A stretch of 64,000 nucleotides of DNA from Bacillales bacterium UBA1744. GTDB lineage: Bacteria; Bacillota_I; Bacilli_A; RFN20; CAG-826. A model generated the notes under the pieces. The model ran no database searches and had not been told where the DNA came from. It saw only the letters and a program-made list of their open reading frames with translations. Within the stretch, counting starts at the first letter, position 1. The number at the start of each line of letters is the position of its first letter. Shown here one piece after another: positions 1-8,919 of the stretch. The position numbers and the translations under genes were made by a program. The stretch spans positions 35,452 through 99,451 of the forward strand of contig DCHU01000029.1 in the NCBI GenBank assembly GCA_002314915.1, read 5' to 3'.

Positions 1-985
1 ATTGTTTGCCGTCAACGGAATTGAACTTATCAGGGTTGATTGGGGAGTGGTCGGCATTGTAGACGATAACCCTATCACGCGCCATGTTAGCGTAGTGAGA
101 TGAGTTGCTGTATCCGGCCTCGACACCACTTTGTGATGCGAGGAGATAAAGGAATACCATGGCGAATGAGAAAACGGTGAAGACAATCGTTGAGAAGATG
201 TTCTTCTTTGGGGTGCCTTTGATGTTCTTCCATGCCATTGAGAGCTGGAGCCACTTATTCTTCTTGATTTCAGCCGGTTTGACGACTTCTTCATCAATAG
301 ATGAGGATTGACCCATTGAGATGTCTTCCGCGACTTGTCCGTCGTGAATTCTAATCTTTCTTGTGAGTATTGGGTCGGCCTGTTCCTCGTTATGTGTGAC
401 GATGAGGACCAACTTGCCCGCGGATACTTCCTTCAAGAGGTTGATGATGTCCTCACCTGACTTGGAGTCGAGGTTTCCCGTAGGCTCATCACACGCAAGG
501 ATTGGGGTGTCCTTCGCTAACGCTCTAGCGATGACGCATCTCTGCTTTTCGCCGCCTGATAACTGGCTGCCTTTGGATCTAATTCTGTGGGAGAGATGGA
601 CTTTCTCGATTAAGACTTTCGCCTTCTCGATAGCCTCTTTCTCACTCATGCCATTGATGATCAATGGAAGGGTGACGTTCTCTAAAACGGAATATGAATC
701 GATAATGTTGTAATTCTGGTTGATGAATGCGACGTTCTTCTTTCTGAACTCGTCACGATCTCTTTCGTCGAAATAGCTTGTCTCTTCGCCGTTGAAGAGT
801 ATTTCGCCGTCATCGTAAGAGTCCATGCCGGAGATTACATTCAAAAGGGTTGATTTACCGGATCCTGATTCACCGACAATACCCACTATCTCATTCTTCT
901 CGAATGACAGGTTGATGTTGTGGAGTCCAAGAGTAGTTACGCCACCGTTGTTGTAGTACTTGCTCAGGTTCTTGATTTCAATCAT
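1..985 (-). CDS. ABC transporter, fused ATPase + MacB/FtsX-type permease (N-terminal part; gene continues past window start)
   Basis: The ORF is open at the window edge, so it is absent from the ORF track. My minus-strand translation from the ATG at 985 gives MIEIKNLSKYYNNGGVTTLGLHNINLSFEKNEIVGIVGESGSGKSTLLNV... It has Walker A GESGSGKST, signature LSGGEKQR and Walker B ILACDEPT, then a linker and the TM segment IFSTIVFTVFSFAMVFLYLL. RBS AAAGGAGGA lies just upstream. Track ORF 363..713(+) is its antisense shadow. Confidence 0.85.
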   Translation of the reverse strand, partial: MIEIKNLSKYYNNGGVTTLGLHNINLSFEKNEIVGIVGESGSGKSTLLNVISGMDSYDDGEILFNGEETSYFDERDRDEFRKKNVAFINQNYNIIDSYSVLENVTLPLIINGMSEKEAIEKAKVLIEKVHLSHRIRSKGSQLSGGEKQRCVIARALAKDTPILACDEPTGNLDSKSGEDIINLLKEVSAGKLVLIVTHNEEQADPILTRKIRIHDGQVAEDISMGQSSSIDEEVVKPAEIKKNKWLQLSMAWKNIKGTPKKNIFSTIVFTVFSFAMVFLYLLASQSGVEAGYSNSSHYANMARDRVIVYNADHSPINPDKFNSVDGKQ

Positions 986-1111
986 GGGGATCCTCCTTTC
1001 TTAATAAAACGCAATGCGCAAAGGTTAATTGCTCATGTGCGTATGAACATTGACTTTTATGCTCTTTCCTTATCGATGTTTTGCTACCGATATATTGTTG
1101 GAAAGACACTT

Positions 1112-1141
1112 ATTCTTAGAATTGTTAATTCTATATTGCAA
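1112..1141 (-). promoter_or_regulatory. Candidate MerR-type promoter/operator upstream of the ABC exporter gene
   Basis: The minus strand reads TTGCAA ta TAGAATTAACAATTCTA AGAAT. That gives -35 TTGCAA (1136-1141), a perfect 7-3-7 dyad TAGAATT/AATTCTA (1117-1133) filling an 18-19 nt spacer, and a -10-like AAGAAT (1112-1117). An over-long spacer carrying a dyad is the MerR-family hallmark. The site sits between the merR-like terminator and the ABC gene. Confidence 0.45.
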
Positions 1142-1188
1142 CCTTATTTTTACAAAATGACGAATTTCAAAACAAATGTTCGCATTAA

Positions 1189-1212
1189 AAAAGACCCGAT
1201 TCAAGTCGGATC
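1189..1212 (-). terminator. Rho-independent terminator after the merR-like gene
   Basis: The minus strand reads GATCCGACTTGAATCGGGTC followed by TTTTTT. Confidence 0.65.
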
Positions 1213-1234
1213 TAGTTTGTTTTTGTAGGGATTA

Positions 1235-2023
1235 CTACTCAATCGGGATCTGAATCTCTGTTAAATACTCGTCTTCGCTTTCTTTGTCCCAGCATCCGTT
1301 GATGTAGACTTCTCTTATCGGTGCAGCGATTTTGAGGTTCTTCTCTTTGATTTCGTTGAGCACGAATTCATAGCCCGCTGCCAAGTTGGCGTAAGGGCCT
1401 TTGACCTCGACGCATAACGCTTTGATTGCGGGATCAACTCTGAACTTAACGCCATCCCCTTCTACGCCTCTAGTTTCAACTGCCTCGACATACTCGAGTT
1501 CGATGTCGCTTTCCTTGTATTCACCTGCGGTGTATGTGACGTAGCAATAGTTCTTGCACTTGAGGTTTGGATTGAGTTTGCCGCATGCGGCACCTGTTGC
1601 TAAGACGAAGTCGAACATGTTCTCCATTGATACAATGACGCCGTGTCTGAAGTATACGATATTCTCTTCGATCGTTTTGATTGTGGATTTGAATTCCATA
1701 GTTGTTTTTGCTCCTTTCAATATTCTTTTTAAGGAGGTTATCTGTGAGGCTTTCTTTTTCTTCTCGCCTTCTAGGTATTTAACGTGCTCAGCGAGGATTC
1801 GCTTCTCATCTCCACCGTCAAAGATCTCTAGAATATCTTCGATTGGCAAATCGAGAGAACGCAGTTCCATAATCTTCAGCAAATCCTTTAGTTGTTCGAG
1901 TTCATAGTATCTATACCCGTTCTCATCGACAAAGCTAGGTCTAAACAATCCTATGTCGTCGTAGTATCTAAGAGTCTTGATTGTAGTCTTTGCAACCTTT
2001 GAGAATTCACCTATCTTAAGCAT
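1235..2023 (-). CDS. MerR-family transcriptional regulator with C-terminal GyrI-like effector-binding domain (BmrR-like architecture)
   Basis: The N-terminus MLKIGEFSKVAKTTIKTLRYYDDIGLFRP...NGYRYY is the MerR HTH signature. A coiled linker and a ~150 aa C-terminal domain follow, matching the size and position of GyrI-like domains. RBS AGGAGGAAAG lies upstream. Confidence 0.85.
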   Translation of the reverse strand: MLKIGEFSKVAKTTIKTLRYYDDIGLFRPSFVDENGYRYYELEQLKDLLKIMELRSLDLPIEDILEIFDGGDEKRILAEHVKYLEGEKKKKASQITSLKRILKGAKTTMEFKSTIKTIEENIVYFRHGVIVSMENMFDFVLATGAACGKLNPNLKCKNYCYVTYTAGEYKESDIELEYVEAVETRGVEGDGVKFRVDPAIKALCVEVKGPYANLAAGYEFVLNEIKEKNLKIAAPIREVYINGCWDKESEDEYLTEIQIPIE

Positions 2024-2044
2024 GTTTCTTTCCTCCTGGACACT

Positions 2045-2075
2045 ACTCTAAATTCTACCCTAACGGGAGAGTCAA
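2045..2075 (-). promoter_or_regulatory. Candidate autoregulated MerR-type promoter (19-nt spacer)
   Basis: The minus strand reads TTGACT (2070-2075), then the 19-nt spacer CTCCCGTTAGGGTAGAATT, then TAGAGT (2045-2050). The spacer contains an imperfect dyad CTCCC-GTTA-GGGtAG that, from memory, resembles the bmr operator (CTCCCCTTAGGGGAG). Confidence 0.45.
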
Positions 2076-2113
2076 AACAAAATTACACTTTTTTTATATT
2101 TCTTTTGGCAAAC

Positions 2114-2138
2114 AAAAAGCTCAGCCTTTCGACTGAGC
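2114..2138 (-). terminator. Rho-independent terminator after tRNA-Trp
   Basis: The minus strand reads GCTCAGTCGAAAGGCTGAGC followed by TTTTT. Confidence 0.8.
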
Positions 2139-2150
2139 GTGTTTGTTGTC

Positions 2151-2224
2151 TGGCAGGGGATGAAGGAATCGAACCCTCATCAAAGGTTTTGGAGACCTCT
2201 GTTCTACCACTGAACCAATCCCCT
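2151..2224 (-). tRNA. tRNA-Trp (anticodon CCA)
   Basis: The minus strand reads AGGGGATTGGTTCAGTGGTAGAACAGAGGTCTCCAAAACCTTTGATGAGGGTTCGATTCCTTCATCCCCTGCCA. This folds as a cloverleaf with a 7-bp acceptor stem, T-loop TTCGATT, anticodon loop CTCCAAA and an encoded CCA end. Confidence 0.9.
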
Positions 2225-2270
2225 AGGCTCGGTAATGATACCCCAATTGATTTGTTATATCAAGGTGTAT

Positions 2271-4313
2271 TTATACCCTTCTTCTTAGAGGCAAGTAAGC
2301 GTTAATATCAGAAGCCATTTGGATGTATTTGGTCTTCAATTGCTCGTTCTCGGTTTCTTGAGAAAGCTGGATGAGTTCGTTCCTCTTCTTCTCCATAATG
2401 GCAAGAACATCCTTCATCTTAAGCTTAGCGTGAGTTCCCTCTTTCTCGATTATCGCTTTAGATAATGCGCCATATTCTTCGATGATGATGTCAATTGCTT
2501 CCGCTTTGACGAGGTTTTCGTGGCTAATTGCAGCGGTTCTGTCACGTTTTAGCCTATGAATTAATCCTCTATATCTTCCATCTGAATAGAATCTGACGAG
2601 TGGGTCGAAGAACAATCCTTTAGCGGCATAGATGCAGATGAAGATCTCCAATCGGGCAAACATCATACCGATCGTGCAGTCCACGAGCATGATGTTATAT
2701 GGGACAAGAGACTCACCGTTTGCCTGCAAGCAGTGCTTATAATCCAAGAATGAATGGACCACTGTTCCATTAACGTCGAAATCAAAGACGGTTAATCCAA
2801 GAGTTGATAACGCGGATGAGAAGTTATAGATGGAGCTTCTGAAGTCGGTGTATGGTAAAGCGGCAATTATCGATGCGCCTACTACAAGCGTGCATACGTA
2901 TAAAAGGATATAGTTATAGGCCTCGGTCTTATCTGACTCCCCAACATCGAGAATCTCACCGTGTCTATACATCTGGTGCGTGGTAACGGTTCTATCGTTC
3001 TTGGCTTTCTTTCTCCATGACCAAGCGAAGTCTTTGATTGCGATGCCGAATCTCCACTGCTTCACGCCGCCTGCGGTTGAGCCAGTTGCGCCACCGATTG
3101 ACATTGAGAATATTGATAAGATGATTGCGAAGTCACCCAATGCTGTAAGTGAACCCGTAACAGGTGCCAATGGACCCGAGTTGGAATAACCGGTTGTTGA
3201 TAAAGCACAGACCGAATAGAAGAAGTTATAACGGAATGACTCGAGAATTGTGAGGTGATCAGTTCCAGCATAGGCAAGGTAATCGCCGTAGTTTGCGAGG
3301 TTCTGGTTGATGTATAACCAAGTACCCGCCGTAGCCAAGAATGCGATAAGAAGGATGTAAATAATGGAGAATCTGAACTCAAAATCCCTGAAAACTGCAG
3401 GGAAACGCTTCTTTAAGTCATCCATCTTCAGTCCTTTTGCGAATACGGTGAAGAATAAGAAATGGATAACGAATGACGTTGAGCCTAAGAACATGAGGAT
3501 TTCGAAAACGATTTCCATGGCGATTTGTCTTCCGCGTGACAAAGCGTTCGCGCCGACCTGCCAATAAAGCAATCCTTCGCCTCTAGTTGAGAATCCGCCT
3601 GTCGCTAAACAGGAGACGGAATGACAGAATGCCTCAAATGGATTCATGCCGATTATCCAAAGTGCCGCAGCGCCAAGAACGATGAATACGAGATAGATTA
3701 AGAAGATCCATCTAGCGGTTTTTGCGATGTTTGGAAGAAGGTGGTCATTATGGCCTTCTGCAGAGAACAATTTAGCGTTGTTCTTGTCATGGATGATTGA
3801 GGTGAAGATAAGGACTAGGCCAACGCCACCGATGAACTGCATCATTGCACGGTGGAACAAGAACACGTGAGCGTACTCAAAGCCCGTTCCCAAGTAACCG
3901 GAGTAAACGGTTAAGCCGGTTGTGGAATAACCCGACATTGCTTCGAAGAAGGCTTCTGTATAGGACATATCCATTTCACCGAATAAGGTCGAAACATAGA
4001 AAGGGGATGCTCCTACTGCAACAGCAGAGAGCCAAAGCATGATAAGCATTACCGATTCCTGGTTCTTATGGAGCTTTCCAGGCTTTCTTCCCGCCAAGAA
4101 GATTAAGTATAAGAGAATGCCAAGAACAAAGGCGCAGCCAGCCGGAATTGCGAAATCCTTCCAGCAACCAGCCTCATTAGGATAGAATGCGAGAATTGCC
4201 AATGAGAAAACGGTTATGAAAGCTTCGGCCATTAGGAACAATCCTAAATAACCGAGAATCATAGGGAAACCATTCACATACTTTTTCTCTTTACGTTTTC
4301 GTAATATCGGCAT
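2271..4313 (-). CDS. trkH: TrkH/KtrB-family K+ transporter subunit, long form with ~130 aa C-terminal cytoplasmic extension (paralogue 2)
   Basis: The protein has multiple TM helices and selectivity-loop-like segments SGYSTTGLT, CLATGGFSTRG, LSTTGYSN and GGATGSTAGGVKQ. It aligns by eye along its full length with the neighbouring gene. Confidence 0.8.
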   Translation of the reverse strand: MPILRKRKEKKYVNGFPMILGYLGLFLMAEAFITVFSLAILAFYPNEAGCWKDFAIPAGCAFVLGILLYLIFLAGRKPGKLHKNQESVMLIMLWLSAVAVGASPFYVSTLFGEMDMSYTEAFFEAMSGYSTTGLTVYSGYLGTGFEYAHVFLFHRAMMQFIGGVGLVLIFTSIIHDKNNAKLFSAEGHNDHLLPNIAKTARWIFLIYLVFIVLGAAALWIIGMNPFEAFCHSVSCLATGGFSTRGEGLLYWQVGANALSRGRQIAMEIVFEILMFLGSTSFVIHFLFFTVFAKGLKMDDLKKRFPAVFRDFEFRFSIIYILLIAFLATAGTWLYINQNLANYGDYLAYAGTDHLTILESFRYNFFYSVCALSTTGYSNSGPLAPVTGSLTALGDFAIILSIFSMSIGGATGSTAGGVKQWRFGIAIKDFAWSWRKKAKNDRTVTTHQMYRHGEILDVGESDKTEAYNYILLYVCTLVVGASIIAALPYTDFRSSIYNFSSALSTLGLTVFDFDVNGTVVHSFLDYKHCLQANGESLVPYNIMLVDCTIGMMFARLEIFICIYAAKGLFFDPLVRFYSDGRYRGLIHRLKRDRTAAISHENLVKAEAIDIIIEEYGALSKAIIEKEGTHAKLKMKDVLAIMEKKRNELIQLSQETENEQLKTKYIQMASDINAYLPLRRRV

Positions 4314-4322
4314 AACGGGAAA

Positions 4323-6383
4323 TTAAATTTTCTTTCTGAGTCTCCTTGGCAAGAACCAATTGAGTTCTGCTGCCATGTACATATATCTGTTTCTTTCAGT
4401 CTCATCTTCTGATTGTCTGGCTGCTGAAATATAGAAGTCACGACGATTTACGATAATGCGTCTAACATCATTGCTATTGAGGGAAGCGTGCGTACCGTTG
4501 ACGCGGATATTTGCTTCATAGAGGGTTTCGTATTCATTGATGACCATGCTGATTGCTTCAGCCTTGTCCATCTTGTTCATTCTGATTGCGATGAACTTTT
4601 GTTCTTTAAGAACATAGATAAGGCCTTTGTACTTACCGGTGACGATGATTTCTCTAATTGGGTCATAGAAGAATGACTTGAATGCGAAGTAGCAAGCAAG
4701 TATTTCAAGACGTCCAAGAATCATGCCGACATCAATGATTGCAAGCATAAAATAGTAACCTGTAGCATCACCCGTTGTAGCAAGGAGGGCTTGTTTATAA
4801 CCAGTGAATGAATAGACGGTTGTTGTTCCAACCTGGAAATCAAACAATCCTAAACCTGTACCCGATAGGGCAGATGCGAAGTTGTACACCGAGCTTCCAA
4901 ATGTAGTATATGGGAGCGCGAGCAATGCGAGCGAGCCAATGAACAAGACCGAGAAGTACAGGAACGAATAGTTATATGCGTCAGACTTGTCTGAATCGGA
5001 AATTTGGACAACTTCACCATGGTGGGTGATTGGGCTTGGCGTGACGGTTCCGTGTGTGACAAATCTAGATTTGACTGACCAATAGAACTCTTTGATCGCA
5101 ACGCCAAATCTATACTGTTTGATACCACCACCTGTTGAACCGACGGCACCACCGACGATCATAAGGAATACTGAACATAGGACAGATACCTGACCTAATG
5201 CTGCAAGGCTGCCTGTTGATGGGCTTAATGGGCCACAGTTTGAATAGCCGGTTGTAGTTAGGCATGAGATGACGTTGAAGAGGTTGTATCTAATTGATTC
5301 ACCAACAGTTAAGGTATTGCTGTGAATGCTTAGATACTCAGTCATCAAATCAGGCATTTCCTTAGCATAGAATAGCGAATATGCGGCGGTTATGAATGTG
5401 ACAAGAATGATGATAATCGTTGAGAATCTGATTTCAAAATCCCTGAATAACGCCACAAATCTCTTACCAACAATGCCTTTTTTGTGTGGTTTTGCAAAGA
5501 TTGTGAAGATCAAGAAGTGAATGACAAAGCTTGTAGCGCCAAGAATCATCAACACTTCAAAGACAGTTTCCATAGCAATCTGGCGGCCTAGCGATAAAGC
5601 ACCACTGCCAACCTGCCAGTAAAGAAGTCCGCTTGAACGGGTTGAGAATCCGCCTGTTGCAAGGCATGAGATTGAATGGCAAAGAGCCTCGAATGGGTCC
5701 ATGCCGATAATCCAAAGAGCGCCAGCGCCGACGAGGATATAAACGATGTAGATTAAGAAGATCCATCTAGCGGTTCTGCCCATATTTGGGAGAAGGTGAT
5801 CGTTGTGGCCTTCCGCAAAGAACAATTTGAGATTGTATTTGTCGCTGACGATTGATGTGACAACGAGAACCAATCCGACGCCGCCGATGAACTGCATCAA
5901 GGCGCGGTGGAACAAGAATACGTGGGCGAACTGATATCCTGAGTCTAGGAATCCGTCATAGACGGTTAATCCTGTAGCGGAATATCCCGACATAGATTCA
6001 AAGAATGATTCCCAGAAGTCCATGGTGAGACGTCCGGTATCACCGGTCTTTGCCCCGACAATGCCGTCGATAAAGAATGGCAATGCGCCAAGGATAACTG
6101 CTGACATCCAAAGGAGGAATAACAAGAGAGAATCATCTCTCTTTCCGAACTTGCCCTTCTTGCGTCCAGCGATGAGTAAGAACAAGAGGAATCCGAGGAC
6201 AACGCCTCCCGCTGCAGGGATAACGAAATCCATCCAGCAACCCCATTCGGAAGGGTAAAATGCCAAAATTGCCAAAGGCAAAAGAGTAAGGACTCCCTCG
6301 ACCATCATAAATAAGCCGAGGTATCCAAACAAAAGGCGGAAGCCGTTAGCTGTTTTCTTTTCCCTTTTGAAGAATGATGCCAT
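4323..6383 (-). CDS. trkH: TrkH/KtrB-family K+ transporter subunit, long form with C-terminal extension (paralogue 1)
   Basis: It carries the motifs SGYSATGLT, CLATGGFSTRS, LTTTGYSN and GGAVGSTGGGIKQ. Its start overlaps the upstream stop (TAATG at 6381-6385). Confidence 0.8.
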   Translation of the reverse strand: MASFFKREKKTANGFRLLFGYLGLFMMVEGVLTLLPLAILAFYPSEWGCWMDFVIPAAGGVVLGFLLFLLIAGRKKGKFGKRDDSLLLFLLWMSAVILGALPFFIDGIVGAKTGDTGRLTMDFWESFFESMSGYSATGLTVYDGFLDSGYQFAHVFLFHRALMQFIGGVGLVLVVTSIVSDKYNLKLFFAEGHNDHLLPNMGRTARWIFLIYIVYILVGAGALWIIGMDPFEALCHSISCLATGGFSTRSSGLLYWQVGSGALSLGRQIAMETVFEVLMILGATSFVIHFLIFTIFAKPHKKGIVGKRFVALFRDFEIRFSTIIIILVTFITAAYSLFYAKEMPDLMTEYLSIHSNTLTVGESIRYNLFNVISCLTTTGYSNCGPLSPSTGSLAALGQVSVLCSVFLMIVGGAVGSTGGGIKQYRFGVAIKEFYWSVKSRFVTHGTVTPSPITHHGEVVQISDSDKSDAYNYSFLYFSVLFIGSLALLALPYTTFGSSVYNFASALSGTGLGLFDFQVGTTTVYSFTGYKQALLATTGDATGYYFMLAIIDVGMILGRLEILACYFAFKSFFYDPIREIIVTGKYKGLIYVLKEQKFIAIRMNKMDKAEAISMVINEYETLYEANIRVNGTHASLNSNDVRRIIVNRRDFYISAARQSEDETERNRYMYMAAELNWFLPRRLRKKI

Positions 6384-7075
6384 TATTTTTCTCTAGTCAT
6401 GAACTTTTTGAGTTCATCAACATCCTTTCTGTGACATACACAGTAAACTGAGTCGTTAGCGTGTAAGACGGTTAAACCTTTAGCCATCTCAATTGTGACT
6501 GGCTCACCGTTTTCGGTGTTTGGTCTAAATCTCTTAACGCATGCGATTGTTGCGATAGGAGGACATTTGATTTCCATGATCGTCTTCCCGCAGATTTCAT
6601 AGTTTGAATAGACCTGGAATTCGAATGCCTGAACTTCGTCTTCGATTGTAATAACCTTAAGGTTACCGTTGATATCAGACTCGTTTCTGATGTTCTCGAC
6701 TAACTGAAGTGTAGAACAGATAACTGAGTCAATACCGAGTGATTTGTAGACTTCAACGTTTGAAGGGTTTGTAACTAAGCAAATCGTTCTTGAAACGTAG
6801 AATGAGTTTGCAGCCATGCAGCATGCTGCATAGTTGTTTGTGTCTTTTGTTGATAATGCGATAAAGATGTCAGCGTTGGTGATGTTAGCCTTTTCGAGAA
6901 CGTGGAAGTTCCATGGATGACCAACAATGACGTCGTGTCTCTTTGTCTTTGAGAATTCTTCTGCGAATTCCTTGTTGTCGTTGATGACGATCAACTTGTT
7001 TCCGTCACGGTTGAAAGCGTCGAAGATGTATGACGCTTCATTGGTACCGTTTGCGATAACGATAGTTCTAGCCAT
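6383..7075 (-). CDS. TrkA-like regulatory protein (RCK N-like domain with degenerate nucleotide-binding motif + TrkA-C-like domain)
   Basis: The size and operon position fit KtrA/TrkA. The N-terminus IVIANGTNEASYIF replaces GxGxxG. The C-terminal half (LKVITIEDEVQAFEFQV...GKTIMEI) resembles TrkA-C. A TAATG overlap occurs at both ends. Confidence 0.6.
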   Translation of the reverse strand: MARTIVIANGTNEASYIFDAFNRDGNKLIVINDNKEFAEEFSKTKRHDVIVGHPWNFHVLEKANITNADIFIALSTKDTNNYAACCMAANSFYVSRTICLVTNPSNVEVYKSLGIDSVICSTLQLVENIRNESDINGNLKVITIEDEVQAFEFQVYSNYEICGKTIMEIKCPPIATIACVKRFRPNTENGEPVTIEMAKGLTVLHANDSVYCVCHRKDVDELKKFMTREK

Positions 7076-7497
7076 TAGTCTTCTCCTCCTACTAATTCGT
7101 TGTATTTATCAACCGATAAGTTGAATGGATAAATCGTCTGGACTGAGTTATAGCCGAAAAGCAATGGAGCCATATCGCTGTTGTCAAGACGCACATAAAC
7201 GTGCTTGATGTGATATCTGACTTCGGATAACTGAGCCAAGAAAAGATTCAAGCAGTCATCACCTGTTGCGATGATTACTCTATCAACTTCTTTGATGTGA
7301 CATTTGTTTTCTAATGTTTCAACGTCTGATGCGTCACCGATGATCTTCTCGCCTGAGAACTGATCGGAATCGTCTAAACGTTCGAATGAGCTGCCGATTT
7401 CATCTACAACGTAAACGTTGTATTTTTCTTCGGCATAACGGTTAGCAAGGGCTGCGCCTAGCTTACCACATCCAATAATGAGTACTCTATTTGCCAT
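7075..7497 (-). CDS. trkA: TrkA-N (RCK, NAD-binding) domain protein
   Basis: The N-terminus MANRVLIIGCGKLGAALANRY...VYVVDE shows a Rossmann GxGxxG plus an acidic residue. It is only 140 aa, so it is a stand-alone N domain. RBS AAGGAGGT lies upstream. Confidence 0.75.
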   Translation of the reverse strand: MANRVLIIGCGKLGAALANRYAEEKYNVYVVDEIGSSFERLDDSDQFSGEKIIGDASDVETLENKCHIKEVDRVIIATGDDCLNLFLAQLSEVRYHIKHVYVRLDNSDMAPLLFGYNSVQTIYPFNLSVDKYNELVGGED

Positions 7498-7533
7498 GTT
7501 TTACCTCCTTGGATACGGGGCAAGTATACTCCC

Positions 7534-8139
7534 CTATTCTAGGGGAATCAATTTTTCTTCGTAATGTAGTTCGTCAATAACCTCAACATCAGGGTACTTA
7601 GATGTAATTTCTAAGTACACTTTTTTGGTGTCTTTTTTCTTCAGGTTTTTCCAACCTGATGAGGCATATTGTTCAAAACACCAAGTGACGAATTCCTTGG
7701 TTGATTGAGTCATGTAGTAATGGGATTTTCTCTCGTTGAAGTAATCAAGAGGCATATTAGGTTTGAAGTTCTTGCGGGCATAGACCTTTGAAGCAGCGAT
7801 GACATCACAAACATATTCAACTGAATACTTGTATGGCATCGTCTTTGCTAGGACGTGTCCCTTGAAGAAATCGGCCCAATACTCCCAGTGGTGTTTGTTG
7901 CGTCCACAATGATGGAGACATACGGTTGATGCCATGTTCTCATTTAATCTTTGTTGGAACACCGGGGATGAGGTTCCCTGATAATACTTGGCTGAGTTAT
8001 GGAATTCGGTATAGGAGTATTTGCTGAGGTCATGGCCTAAAGCATGCCAGAAAATACCCATATGGAATCCGTTGCGGATAACCTGGTGTCTATGTTTTGT
8101 GATTGTTACAAAATGTTTGAATGGATGATAGCCGCTCAT
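7534..8139 (-). CDS. DUF5662-like His-rich protein (often mis-annotated as catalase)
   Basis: The motifs KHRHQVIRNGFHMGIFWHALGHDLSKYSYTEF...YYQG...CLHHCGRNKHHWEYW match my recollection of the DUF5662 signature. The gene overlaps the sirtuin stop by 4 nt. Confidence 0.55.
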   Translation of the reverse strand: MSGYHPFKHFVTITKHRHQVIRNGFHMGIFWHALGHDLSKYSYTEFHNSAKYYQGTSSPVFQQRLNENMASTVCLHHCGRNKHHWEYWADFFKGHVLAKTMPYKYSVEYVCDVIAASKVYARKNFKPNMPLDYFNERKSHYYMTQSTKEFVTWCFEQYASSGWKNLKKKDTKKVYLEITSKYPDVEVIDELHYEEKLIPLE

Positions 8140-8864
8140 AAGAGAATCTCCTTAAGTACTCTACCAATATCATCATGGATGACGTAGTCAAATTTTCTAT
8201 CGAGAGGTGTTTCCTCTAAATTGATTAGGATGGATGTATCGCCTTGGAAGTATGAGATTAGTCCCGCTGCAGGATAAACATTTAGCGAAGTTCCGCCAAC
8301 TATGAGGACATCCGCTAGCTGAAGGTCGATAATCGCATGAGTTAGGATTGTCTCATTTAAAGGTTCCTCATATAAAACGACGTCCGGTTTTAAGAGTCCA
8401 CCACACTTTGGGCATTTAGGAATTCCATTCGGTTCGATATCATTAAGTTTGGTGAGATGCATGCACTCCTCGCAGTAGTATCTACGAACCGAACCGTGAA
8501 GTTCATAAACCTTCTTGGAACCGGCATCTTGGTGCAATCCATCGATGTTTTGCGTGAGAATAGCGAGGTTTTTGCCGCGTTTTTCGCATTCGGCAAGAGC
8601 TAAATGGGCGTCGTTTGGTTTAGCGTTAACATTCACCATGTTGTCCCAATAGAACTCATAGAAAATATCCGTGTGGTCAAAGAAATAAGAATGGGAGAGC
8701 ATACGTTCATAGGAAATGCCGTACTTGTTTCTGATGTTATAGATTCCCTGTGGAGAGCGGAAATCAGGTATTCCGGACGCGGTTGATACCCCTGCTCCAC
8801 CAAGAAAAACAATGCGTTCCGCCTTCTTGATGATTGCCTTGATTTCTTCAATGTTATTTTGCAT
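8136..8864 (-). CDS. cobB: NAD-dependent protein deacylase (Sir2/CobB family)
   Basis: It has GAGVSTASGIPDFRSPQGIY, QNIDGLH and Zn-ribbon CEEC...CPKCGG. I trimmed the track ORF (to 8894) to Met11 (MQNNIEEIK) because the extension runs into the mscS terminator hairpin. No SD is present, so the start is uncertain. Confidence 0.85.
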   Translation of the reverse strand: MQNNIEEIKAIIKKAERIVFLGGAGVSTASGIPDFRSPQGIYNIRNKYGISYERMLSHSYFFDHTDIFYEFYWDNMVNVNAKPNDAHLALAECEKRGKNLAILTQNIDGLHQDAGSKKVYELHGSVRRYYCEECMHLTKLNDIEPNGIPKCPKCGGLLKPDVVLYEEPLNETILTHAIIDLQLADVLIVGGTSLNVYPAAGLISYFQGDTSILINLEETPLDRKFDYVIHDDIGRVLKEILL

Positions 8865-8881
8865 ATAACATATCATATAAC

Positions 8882-8901
8882 AAAAAAGCCCCAAATGGGG
8901 C
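8882..8901 (-). terminator. Rho-independent terminator after the MscS-like gene
   Basis: The minus strand reads AGCCCCATTTGGGGCT followed by TTTTTT. Confidence 0.8.
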
Positions 8902-8919
8902 TCTTAAATATAAGAATGT

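Noticed and set aside
2105-2305. 66-aa + strand ORF
   Set aside because: It overlaps tRNA-Trp and its terminator on the opposite strand, and it has a TTG start with no RBS.
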